Below, piece by piece: positions 1 through 7,848 of a stretch of 32,000 nucleotides of DNA. Where the stretch lies: the NCBI RefSeq assembly GCF_016127575.1, contig NZ_CP066020.1, positions 60,001 to 92,000 of the forward strand. Direction: 5' to 3'. The DNA is from Cupriavidus necator (GTDB lineage: Bacteria; Pseudomonadota; Gammaproteobacteria; Burkholderiales; Burkholderiaceae). Position numbers and translations under genes: made by a program. Numbering within the stretch: position 1 is the stretch's first letter; each line of letters starts with the position of its first letter. A model generated the notes under the pieces. That model did no database searches, was not told where the DNA came from, and saw nothing but the letters and a program-made list of their open reading frames with translations.

Positions 1-398
1 AGATTGTGGGCCACCGGCAAATCGTGGTTCGAGTTGGTCGTCGCAATGTACTTGCGCTTGTGGCGGGCGCGAATGCCGTGCAGTGCCATCAGCTTGCGAA
101 CACGCTCCTTGCCCACCCGCACACCACGCGCCAGCAGTTCCTTCCACATGCGCGGCCAGCCGTACTCCCCCTTGACCCCGACGTGAATCGCCTTGATGTG
201 GGCCAGCAAGGCATCGTCACTGAGTCGGCCTCTATCGGGCCTGTCGGTGCTTACTGTGCGTTGCTTGCGCTGGTGATAGCCGCTGGGGCTGACCCCCATC
301 AGCTCACACAGGACCGAGACCGGCCAGTAACGTCGGTTTTGCTCGATGAACGCATACTTCACACCGACTCCTTCGCAAAGTATGCCGCGGCTTTTTTT
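1..398 (-). CDS. IS3-family transposase OrfB (DDE integrase part), 5' portion only; expected to be made as an OrfAB fusion by -1 frameshifting
   Basis: My translation of the minus strand in the -1 frame relative to orfA gives ...KYAFIEQNRRYWPVSVLCELMGVSPSGYHQRKQRTVSTDRPDRGRLSDDALLAHIKAIHVGVKGEYGWPRMWKELLARGVRVGKERVRKLMALHGIRARHKRKY..., open to the window edge. Confidence 0.75.
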
Positions 399-658
399 AA
401 AATATCGCGCTCCATCTTCAAGCGCGCCACTTCCGCCCGAAGCCGGGCCAGCTCCATCTGCTCGGGACTAACCGGCTTCATCCCCGCCCCAGTCAGCTTG
501 CCTTCCCGCTCCGCCTTGACCCAGTTATGCAGCGTCTGCGCTCTTATACCCAGGGTCGCGCTAACCACCGCCATGCTTTGCCCGCTCTTCACCAGCCGTA
601 CCGCTTCCAGCTTGAATTCCAGCGTGTACTGCGCCCGCTTTGTCTTGCTTGTCATCAC
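359..658 (-). CDS. IS3-family transposase OrfA (helix-turn-helix protein)
   Basis: 99-aa ORF MMTSKTKRAQYTLEFKLEAVRLV...LKKAAAYFAKESV, a typical IS3 OrfA with a leucine-zipper-like C-terminus ending just after the slippery site. The ATG at 655 is probably the true start. Confidence 0.85.
   Translation of the reverse strand: MMTSKTKRAQYTLEFKLEAVRLVKSGQSMAVVSATLGIRAQTLHNWVKAEREGKLTGAGMKPVSPEQMELARLRAEVARLKMERDILKKAAAYFAKESV
391..398 (-). promoter_or_regulatory. Candidate programmed -1 ribosomal frameshift site (A AAA AAG type)
   Basis: The minus strand reads TTTTAAAAAAAGCC at the orfA/orfB overlap, the position and sequence type used by IS3-family elements. Confidence 0.6.
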
Positions 659-716
659 ATCTCTCCTTGCTTCAGTTTAACCTCAGCAAGGGATTCGTTT
701 TACGGGGGCAAGCTCA

Positions 717-1440
717 ATGCGAGTTGCAACGCCTCGACCCGACAGCCGTTCTTAAGCACGTGAAAGAATAGTTCGACCTCCCAACGCGCGCGGTACCAGT
801 CAATAAGCTGCGCCGCTGCGTCAAGGTCGTCCACCTCGCGATTACTCAGCAGTCGCCATTCAATCGGCTTGACGCCTGCCGGCGGGTCGACCTCCCGGGC
901 GACGATGCAAGTGGCGCTCACCACGCCGCCCGCAGCATCAGGCAACGTGACACGTTGCGCCCACACCTGCTGCCGTACCGCGCGCGCCGGCTGAGCCTGA
1001 CGGGCTGCCAGCGTAAAGTGAATCCTGCCCACTGGCTTACCCGCAGTCACTTGGTCCCACAGCTTGCCGCCGCCAGGCAAGGTGCGATTGTGCTGCGAGC
1101 GCAGTAGCCAATCCGCCGGGTGGCCCAACTCCTTTGCCTTGACCATCAGCGCCATGATGTCCGACTCCCGGTCAGCCACATAGACGAGTCGCGTGGCAGG
1201 CAGTGCGGCCGCCTGTTCGGCGACCCGCTCATATCCTTCGGTCCAGCGGGTACTTTCCTTGATGCCGGGGCGCACGCCATCCGCACCCTTGGGCTCGCGC
1301 GCCCACATGTAGGCGTCAAGCACGCCCAGCGGTTCGCGCGCTGGCGTTACCGCGTAAGTCGGGTGCAGATATAGCCCGCGTTGCGCCTCATACGACAGCG
1401 GTCCCAAGCCTGCGATGGCCTGGCCGTTAAAGTCCAACTC
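717..1440 (-). pseudogene. IS4-family (Tn5/IS50-like) DDE transposase, central fragment (DFNGQ... to ...EALQL)
   Basis: The ORF at 700-1437 contains YVADRESD, IEWRLLSN and YRARWEVELFFHVLKNGCRVEALQL. Its 3' end is cut by the IS3 element and its 5' end by RIT4. It continues in frame from the N-terminal fragment at 15525-15812 (DTTEL|DFNGQ). Confidence 0.8.
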
Positions 1441-1467
1441 TAACGCAGAGTGTATTTTTATGCGGAG
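1441..1467. repeat. RIT4 terminal inverted repeat (ritC-side)
   Basis: TAACGCAGAGTGTATTTTTATGCGGAG; its reverse complement is present at 15472-15498 with one mismatch. Confidence 0.9.
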
Positions 1468-1504
1468 CCCCGTTCATGGAGGCCCCGTTGGCGAATGAAT
1501 TTGA

Positions 1505-1741
1505 CTACTTTTTTCTCTGCATAAGGGAACCCGGTCTTAGAGAGGCGATGAGTTCATCCGTAGCCTTGAAGCGTCCGGAACGCAGATTTGGCGGGACGAT
1601 TGCTTCGAGCGCTTCCAATTTTACCGATGGGTCCGCACGTGTGTAGATCTCGGTCGTCTGCATGTGTGCGTGGCCGAGCCAAAGCGAAACCTTTCTGAGA
1701 TCCTTGGTGGCTTGCAGGACGGACAACGCACAAGTGTGCCT
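1505..1741 (-). pseudogene. ritC: ritC-type tyrosine recombinase, C-terminal fragment (ritC4 remnant)
   Basis: (R)HTCALSVLQATKDLRKVSLWLGHAHMQTTEIYTRADPSVKLEALEAIVPPNLRSGRFKATDELIASL... is colinear with the RitC1 C-terminus (RHTMAMDLLQAGVDRSVIALWLGHESVETTQIYLEA...GRYRPADQLLGFL). It starts exactly at the R-H of the H-x-L-R-H box. Confidence 0.75.
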
Positions 1742-1769
1742 CCTATATCGTTCACGATATAGGAGGCAC
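1736..1769. repeat. 34-bp perfect hairpin palindrome at the RIT1 ritA-side junction
   Basis: GTGCCTCCTATATCG TTCA CGATATAGGAGGCAC: 15-bp perfect arms and a 4-nt loop, with each arm ending in the AGGCAC core. Confidence 0.9.
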
Positions 1770-1897
1770 TATGTGCCCTTCCCGACTATGTCTGGTAATC
1801 GAACGATAGCCCTATTTCGCGGGCAAACAGATGGCCGCAGATAGAGATAGTCTTGACTCCTTCCTTCAGCCCCAGAGCATTCGGGAAGGAGTCCATC

Positions 1898-3136
1898 ATG
1901 AGATACACCATCCATGACCGTGTCGTTCTCGCACGCGCACCAGACGGCCCGCTCGCGTCCCATATCGCCGCCTTTGCAAGCTCGATCGCTGCGCAGGGAT
2001 ACAGCACCCAGTCACTGAAGTATCACGTTCGGCTCGTTGCAGGTTTTAGCCGCTGGCTCGGTCGAAACGGAATTGACTTGCGTAATGTCTGTCCTGATCA
2101 AGCGGCGCGTTACTTACGTTAACGCGCGCGGCACGTGCGACCGGGTCCGGGAGATCGTGCTGCGCTCAAGCATCTCATTGCTTTTCTCGATCGTGAGAGG
2201 CTGATTCCGGCGCAGAGGACGCCCGCGCGTCGGCTGACCCCGGTTGAGTCCTGTACCCTGGCTTACGTTGAGTATCTTCGCGAGGTGCGCGCCCTGTCCA
2301 AGGCGACGATCATCAACTACACGCCGTTCATCAGGGAGTTTCTCGAAGATTGTTTTGGTGACCGGCGCGTCAGGCTTTCGCGTTTGCGTGCCGGCGATGT
2401 CGTGAACTTTGTGCAATTTCAGGCACAGCATCTGCATCTGAAGCGCGCGAAGCTCATGACGGCAGCGCTGCGATCCTTCCTACGTTACGCGTGCTATCGG
2501 GGCGACATGACGCTCGATCTGGCCGCCGCTGTTCCCGTGGTGGCCAACTGGTCGATGCAGTCCATCCCTCGCGGGATTCCCCCAGAGCAGATACAGGAAC
2601 TGCTGGTCAGTATCGATCGACGGACTGCCGTTGGTCGTCGTGATTACGCCATCATCCTGCTACTCGCGCGCCTGGGACTGCGTTCTGGGGAAGTGGCATT
2701 TCTCGACCTCGACGATATTGACTGGAACACAGGAGTTTTAAGCGTGCGCGGCAAGAGTGGCCTGCGTAACGGGCTGCCTTTGCCCGCCGATGTTGGCAAG
2801 GCGATTGCAGCGTACCTTCGCTACGGGCGACCGCAGAGCACGAGTCGCCGTGTATTTTTGCGTGCGAAGGCGCCTTTCACCGGCTTTCGTAGTGCGTGTG
2901 GCGTGGGCTCCATCGTTCGGCATTCGCTCCAGCGCGCCGGTATCAACGCCCCAACCACTGGGGCACACCAGTTTCGTCATGCACTGGCCAGCCAGATGCT
3001 CCGTCACGGCGCGTCACTCCGTGAGATTGGTGAGTTGTTGGGACACCATCATCCACAGACCACGTCGATCTACACGAAGGTCGACATCAAGGCATTGCGT
3101 ACGCTGGCCGTACCGTGGCCGGGAGGTGTGCGATGA
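1898..3136 (+). pseudogene. ritA: ritA1, RitA-type tyrosine recombinase interrupted by an in-frame TAA at 2120-2122
   Basis: The track ORFs 1853-2122 and 2135-3136 are one frame. RIT2 reads ...QYLRYRARHVRPG where RIT1 reads ...RYLR*RARHVRPG (TAT to TAA). A GGAAGGAG RBS precedes the ATG at 1898. Motifs LARLGLRSGE, HQFRH and LGHHHPQTTSIYTKV are present. Confidence 0.85.
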
Positions 3137-4077
3137 ACACGCTGCGGCAGGCCGTTCAGGAGTATCTGGACCTCAGGCGGAGCCTGGGCTTCAAGCTGAG
3201 GGAGGCCGGCAAGGCCTTGCCTGATTTCGTCGCGTTCATGGAGAGGCACCGTGCTTCCTTTATCACCCAGGCGTTGGCGCTCTTGTGGGCCCAGCAACCT
3301 TCCAACGTCCAACCCGCCCGCTGGGCGAGCCGACTCAGTATCGTGCGCGAGTTTGCGCGTCATCGTAGTGCGACCGACCCACGCACACAGATTCCTGCAC
3401 CGGGTCTGCTACCGTTTTCGCCGAAGCGGGCCCGACCATACCTATACTCGAGCGACGAGATTCGCAGACTACTCCATGCTGCGCTTCAGATGCCCTGCCG
3501 CTTCGCGCGTGACGAACTGCAACCATGGACCTATTACTGCCTGTTTGGCTTGCTGAGTGTATCGGGAATGCGCCTGGGCGAAGCGCGCAATCTTGAGCTT
3601 CAGGACATCGATCTGACAGCGGCAATATTGACGATCCGCGGCGCCAAACTTGGCAAGTCCCGGTTCGTTCCACTGCATGCGTCGACCTGCAACGTGCTCG
3701 CGGACTATATTGCACGACGCAAACGTCATTGGGCGGGGCGACCCGTGTCCTCCTACTTGTTCGTGTCTAACCAGGGCAACCGTCTGGATAGTGGCGAGAT
3801 TCATCGACACTTCTATGCATTGTCCCGGCAGATCGGTCTGCGTGGCGCAGCCGACAGTCACGGCCCACGTCTGCATGACATGAGGCACGTATTTGCGACG
3901 AATACGCTTTTACGCTGGTACCGTTCCGGACAGGACCCCGAGCGCCGCCTGCCCATCCTGTCAGCTTACCTCGGTCATGTCCACATCGAGGATACGCAGT
4001 GGTATCTGAACGCCTCGCCGGAGCTGATGCGCGAGGCGATGCGCCGGCTCGAACAGCGCTGGGAGATTCAACCATGA
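3133..4077 (+). CDS. ritB: RitB-type tyrosine recombinase (RIT1)
   Basis: MNTLRQAVQEYLDLRRSLGFKL...; catalytic motifs SGMRLGE, GAKLGKSRFVPLH, HDMRH and LGHVHIEDTQWY. The start overlaps the ritA1 stop (ATGA at 3133-3136). Confidence 0.85.
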   Translation: MNTLRQAVQEYLDLRRSLGFKLREAGKALPDFVAFMERHRASFITQALALLWAQQPSNVQPARWASRLSIVREFARHRSATDPRTQIPAPGLLPFSPKRARPYLYSSDEIRRLLHAALQMPCRFARDELQPWTYYCLFGLLSVSGMRLGEARNLELQDIDLTAAILTIRGAKLGKSRFVPLHASTCNVLADYIARRKRHWAGRPVSSYLFVSNQGNRLDSGEIHRHFYALSRQIGLRGAADSHGPRLHDMRHVFATNTLLRWYRSGQDPERRLPILSAYLGHVHIEDTQWYLNASPELMREAMRRLEQRWEIQP

Positions 4078-5072
4078 CTACTACCGCCAGTCTCGCTCCG
4101 TTGCTGGAGCGTTTCTTTACGCAACGCCTGATGCAGCAGCGCCAGGCGAGTCCCCACACGATTAGTTCCTATCGCGACACCTTTCGTCAATTCCTGAAGT
4201 TCGCGCTGCAACGCCTGCACCGGCAGCCTTCACGCATGAATTTCGAGGAAATCGATGCCCCTTTGATCGTTGCATTTCTCGATGACCTGGAGAAGCGTCA
4301 GGGCGTGAGCGTTCGGAGTCGAAATCTTCGCCTTACGGCAATTCATTCATTCTTTCGTTACGCGGCGCTCGAGACGCCGGCTCATTCCGCGCAGATCCAG
4401 CGAGTGCTCGCTATCCCCAGCAAGCGCTTTACCCGCACCCTGGTGCAATTCCTGACGCGCCAGGAAGTCGATGCGCTGCTCGCCGCACCGGACCAGCGTA
4501 CCTGGTCCGGCCGACGCGATCACGCCTTTTTGCTCTTCGCCGTACAAACTGGCCTGCGCCTGTCCGAGATGACTGGACTTAAGCGCGATGACCTCGTCCT
4601 CGGAATCGGTGCTCACGTGCGGGTGATCGGCAAGGGTCGGAAAGAGCGTTGTACGCCCATCGTCAGATCCACGCTCGCCGTGCTGAAAGCCTGGCTTCGG
4701 GAACCCAAGCGCGGTGAGGGGGACGTGCTTTTTCCGAACGCGAGGGGCGAACGTCTCACCGTTCATGGCGTGCAGTATCTCCTAAACAAGCATCGAGAGA
4801 CCGCGTCAAAAGTTTGTCCGTCGTTGAAGCACAAACAGGTCACCGTTCACCGTTTGAGGCATACGATGGCCATGGACCTTCTGCAGGCGGGCGTTGATCG
4901 TTCCGTGATTGCGCTGTGGCTCGGGCATGAATCGGTGGAAACCACGCAGATTTATCTCGAAGCGACACTTGCGATGAAGGAGCAGGCTCTCGCGAAGACA
5001 TCTCTGGCTCAAGGCAAGCCAGGACGCTACCGGCCTGCAGACCAACTTCTCGGCTTCCTGAATGGACTGTAA
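4074..5072 (+). CDS. ritC: RitC-type tyrosine recombinase (RIT1)
   Basis: MTTTASLAPLLERFFTQRLMQQRQASPHTISSYRDTF...; motifs TGLRLSE, GKGRKERCTPI, HRLRH and LGHESVETTQIYLEA. There is an ATGA overlap with the ritB1 stop at 4074-4077. Confidence 0.85.
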   Translation: MTTTASLAPLLERFFTQRLMQQRQASPHTISSYRDTFRQFLKFALQRLHRQPSRMNFEEIDAPLIVAFLDDLEKRQGVSVRSRNLRLTAIHSFFRYAALETPAHSAQIQRVLAIPSKRFTRTLVQFLTRQEVDALLAAPDQRTWSGRRDHAFLLFAVQTGLRLSEMTGLKRDDLVLGIGAHVRVIGKGRKERCTPIVRSTLAVLKAWLREPKRGEGDVLFPNARGERLTVHGVQYLLNKHRETASKVCPSLKHKQVTVHRLRHTMAMDLLQAGVDRSVIALWLGHESVETTQIYLEATLAMKEQALAKTSLAQGKPGRYRPADQLLGFLNGL

Positions 5073-5184
5073 GGCCACGGAACTATGTCGGGTAATGACT
5101 GGCGGGATGGCTCCGCGAGAAGTGCGCATCGGACGATCACGGACGCTCATCCTCATTACCCGATATAGTCAGGAAGGGCATATA

Positions 5185-5413
5185 GTGCCGCAGTGAATGT
5201 GGTGTCGGCCTCGGCATCCCAGGGCCACACGGTAGGCCTATCTTCTTCGCGGCAGCGCGAAATGCGATTTCGACATCATTGATAATTAATGGCTTTCTTG
5301 CCGTCGAAATGAACACGTGATCGTCGAATGGAGCGTAGGGCCGCCGCCGTTCCAAATACCGCTCCAGCCCGGCCCCAGCGCTGTCGTGCAAGGGAACGAG
5401 GCGGCTCTTGTTG
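5185..5413 (-). pseudogene. ritB: ritB-type recombinase, internal fragment (ritB4 middle part, NKSRLVPLH... to ...HSLRH)
   Basis: The minus-strand frame reads (S)NKSRLVPLHDSAGAGLERYLERRRPYAPFDDHVFISTARKPLIINDVEIAFRAAAKKIGLPCGPGMPRPTPHSLRH. It is colinear with RitB1/RitB3 (GKSRFVPLH...HDMRH). It is bounded by the RIT3 junction palindrome (5414) and the RIT1 end (5184). Confidence 0.7.
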
Positions 5414-5433
5414 CTACGCCGCTAGCGGCGTAG
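5414..5433. repeat. Perfect 20-bp palindrome at the RIT3 ritC-side junction
   Basis: CTACGCCGCTAGCGGCGTAG lies exactly between the ritB4 fragment and the RIT3 terminal IR. Confidence 0.9.
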
Positions 5434-5553
5434 TCGCAACTATGCCGCGTTCACGGCAATGCCGATCAAGCTGGGATCGGATCACGATGATGCTTATAGA
5501 GAGCCCAGCAGGAGGTCATTCCCAAAGTCGCCGGATCGGCATAGTTTTAATGG

Positions 5554-5769
5554 CTAAAGACCCTTGAGAAACGTCGCGAGCTTACTGTCAGGCCGGTATC
5601 GTACGGGCTTGCCATCATGTGGTCCGACATTAGCGAGAATCTTTTCCTTCAGCTCCAGACTGGCATCCAGGTAAATCTGGGTTGTCTGGAGCGATTCGTG
5701 GCCCATCCACAGGGCAATGTTGAATGGATCCACGCCAGCTTGCAATAATTCCATGGCTGCCGTGTGGCG
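5554..5769 (-). pseudogene. ritC: ritC3 C-terminal fragment
   Basis: (R)HTAAMELLQAGVDPFNIALWMGHESLQTTQIYLDASLELKEKILANVGPHDGKPVRYRPDSKLATFLKGL continues in frame from the ritC3 N-terminal fragment, which ends ...VTPHVLRH at 10535. Confidence 0.8.
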
Positions 5770-5797
5770 GCTATATCGTCCACGATATAGGAGGCAC
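5764..5797. repeat. Imperfect 34-bp hairpin palindrome at the RIT2 ritC-side junction (homologue of 1736-1769)
   Basis: GTGGCGGCTATATCG TCCA CGATATAGGAGGCAC: 12 of 15 arm positions pair, with a 4-nt loop. The outer arm ends in CGCCAC, where the perfect copy has AGGCAC. Confidence 0.85.
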
Positions 5798-5908
5798 TAT
5801 ATGCCCTTCCTGACTATATCGGGTAATGAGGGATTTGCCTCCGTGCTCGTCCGATGCGCACTTGTTGTGGAGCCATCCCCCGTCACTACCCGACATAGTT
5901 TCGTGGCC

Positions 5909-6907
5909 CTACAGTCCATTCAGGAAGCCGAGAAGTTCGTCTGCCGGCCGGTAGCGTCCTGGCTTGCCGTGAGCCAGAGATGTCTTCGCAAGAGCCTGCT
6001 CCTTCATCGCAAGTGTCGCTTCGAGATAGATCTGCGTGGTTTCCACCGATTCATGCCCGAGCCACAGTGCAATCACGGAACGATCAACGCCCGCCTGCAG
6101 AAGGTCCATGGCCATCGTATGCCTCAAACGGTGAACGGTGACCTGTTTCTGCTTCAACGATGGACAAATTTTTGACGCGGTCTCTCGATGCTTGTTTAGC
6201 AGATACTGCACGCCATGAACAGTGAGGCGTTCGCCCCTCGCGCTTGGAAACAGCACGTCGTCCTCACCGCGCTGGGGTTCCCGCAGCCAAGCTTTCAGTA
6301 CGGCGAGCGTGGATCTGACGATGGGCGTACAACGCTCTTTCCTACCCTTGCCAATCACCCGCACGTGAGCACCGGTTCCGAGAACAAGGTCATCGCGTTT
6401 GAGTCCGGTCATCTCGGACAGGCGAAGGCCAGTTTGCACGGCGACCAGCAAAAAGGCGTGATCGCGTCGGCCGGCCCAGGTACGCTGGTCCGGTGCGGCA
6501 AGCAGGGCATCGACTTCCTGGCGAGTCAGGAATTGCACCAGGGTGCGGGTAAAGCGCTTGCTGGGGATAGCAAGCACCCGCTGGATCTGAGCGGAATGAG
6601 CCGGCGTCTCGAGCGCCGCGTAACGAAAGAAGGAATGAATTGCCGTGAGGCGAAGATTTCGACTGCGAACGCTCACGCCCTGACGCTGCTCCAGGTCATC
6701 GAGAAATGCAACGATCAAAGGGGCATCGATTTCCTCGAAATTCATGCGTGAAGGCTGCCGGTGCAGGCGTTGCTGCGCGAACTTCAGGAACTGACGAAAG
6801 GTGTCGCGATAGGAACTGATCGTGTGGGGACTCGCCTGGCGCTGCTGCATCAGGCGTTGCGTAAAAAAACGCTCCAGCAACGGAGCGAGACTGGCGGTAG
6901 TAGTCAT
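5909..6907 (-). CDS. ritC: RitC-type tyrosine recombinase (RIT2)
   Basis: It has 12 differences in 332 aa from RitC1 by my count. The start ATG at 6907 overlaps the ritB2 stop (ATGA). The track ORF extends to 6982, but the upstream part overlaps ritB2. Confidence 0.85.
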   Translation of the reverse strand: MTTTASLAPLLERFFTQRLMQQRQASPHTISSYRDTFRQFLKFAQQRLHRQPSRMNFEEIDAPLIVAFLDDLEQRQGVSVRSRNLRLTAIHSFFRYAALETPAHSAQIQRVLAIPSKRFTRTLVQFLTRQEVDALLAAPDQRTWAGRRDHAFLLVAVQTGLRLSEMTGLKRDDLVLGTGAHVRVIGKGRKERCTPIVRSTLAVLKAWLREPQRGEDDVLFPSARGERLTVHGVQYLLNKHRETASKICPSLKQKQVTVHRLRHTMAMDLLQAGVDRSVIALWLGHESVETTQIYLEATLAMKEQALAKTSLAHGKPGRYRPADELLGFLNGL

Positions 6908-7848
6908 GGTTGAATCTCCCAGCGCTGTTCCAGCCGGCGCATCGCCTCGCGCATCAGCTCCGGCGAGGCGTTCAGATACCACTGCGTATCCGCGATGTGG
7001 ACGTGACCGAGGTAAGCTGACAGGATGGGCAGGCGGCGCTCGGGGTCCTGTCCGGAACGGTACCAGCGTAAAAGCGTATTCGTCGCAAATACGTGCCTCA
7101 TGTCATGCAGACGCGGGCCGTGACTGTCGGCTGCGCCACGCAGACCGATCTGCCGGGACAATGCATAGAAGTGTCGATGAATCTCTCCACTATCCAGACG
7201 ATTGCCCTGGTTAGACACGAACAAGTAGGAGGACACGGGTCGCCCCGCCCAATGACGTTTGCGTCGTGCAATATAGTCCGCGAGCACTTTGCAGGTCGAC
7301 GCATGCATTGGAACGAACCGGGACTTGCCAAGTTTGGCGCCGCGAATCGTCAATATTGCCGCCGTCAGATCGATGTCCTGAAGCTCAAGATTGCGCGCTT
7401 CGCCCAGACGCATGCCCGAAACGCTCAGCAAGCCAAACAGGCAGTAATAGGTCCATGGTTGCAGTTCGTCGCGCGCGTAGCGGCAGGGTATCTGAAGCGC
7501 AGCATGGAGTAGTCTGCGAATCTCATCGCTCGAGTATAGGTATGGTCGGGCCCGCTTCGGCGAAAACGGCAGCAGACCCGGTGCAGGAATCTGTGTGCGT
7601 GGGTCGGTCGCACTACGATGACGTGCAAACTCGCGCACGATACTGAGTCGTCGCGCCCAGTGCGCGGGTTGGACGTTGGAAGGTTGCTGGGCCCACATAA
7701 GAGCCAATGCCTGGGTGATGAAGGAAGCGCGGTGCCTCTCCATAAACGCGACGAAATCAGGCAATGCCTTGCCGGCATCTTTAAGCTTGAAGCCCAAGCT
7801 CCGCCTGAGGTCCAGATACTCCTGAACGGCCTGCCGCAGCGTGTTCAT
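6904..7848 (-). CDS. ritB: RitB-type tyrosine recombinase (RIT2)
   Basis: MNTLRQAVQEYLDLRRSLGFKLKDAGK...; same motifs as RitB1. There is an ATGA overlap with the ritA2 stop at 7845-7848. Confidence 0.85.
   Translation of the reverse strand: MNTLRQAVQEYLDLRRSLGFKLKDAGKALPDFVAFMERHRASFITQALALMWAQQPSNVQPAHWARRLSIVREFARHRSATDPRTQIPAPGLLPFSPKRARPYLYSSDEIRRLLHAALQIPCRYARDELQPWTYYCLFGLLSVSGMRLGEARNLELQDIDLTAAILTIRGAKLGKSRFVPMHASTCKVLADYIARRKRHWAGRPVSSYLFVSNQGNRLDSGEIHRHFYALSRQIGLRGAADSHGPRLHDMRHVFATNTLLRWYRSGQDPERRLPILSAYLGHVHIADTQWYLNASPELMREAMRRLEQRWEIQP

Larger units (their letters stand above)
1..716 (-). mobile_element. IS3-family insertion sequence (IS407-like layout), partial; continues beyond the left window edge
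   Basis: orfA (359-658) is followed by orfB in the -1 frame reading to position 1, with an A7G slippery run at 391-398. A candidate terminal repeat TGAGCTTGCCCCCG (reverse complement of 703-716) lies ~60 nt upstream of the orfA ATG. The element cuts the neighbouring IS4-family transposase frame right after ...EALQL. The exact end (716, alternatively ~685) is unconfirmed because the partner end is outside the window. Confidence 0.8.
1742..5184 (+). mobile_element. RIT1: recombinase-in-trio element (ritA1 carries a nonsense codon)
   Basis: Terminal IRs are GGCACTATGTGCCCTTCCCGACTATGTCTGGTAATCGA (1765-1802) and TCATTACCCGATATAGTCAGGAAGGGCATATAGTGCC (5153-5189). Three tyrosine recombinase genes are coupled by ATGA overlaps. 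It is a close paralogue of RIT2 (12 differences in 332 RitC residues by my count). Boundaries are +/- the 6-bp core. Confidence 0.85.

Noticed and set aside
6-680. A 224-aa plus-strand ORF at the left edge.
   Set aside because: It is antisense to the IS3-family orfA/orfB, which have clear family motifs and a frameshift site.
3880-4870. The idea that RIT1/RIT2 avoid self-targeting through synonymous codons: their own ritC encodes L-R-H as TTG AGG CAT rather than CTG MGG CAC.
   Set aside because: Their own ritB genes contain ATG AGG CAC (3880-3888 and the RIT2 equivalent) uninterrupted. The codon difference in ritC therefore cannot be read as immunity without a defined att site.
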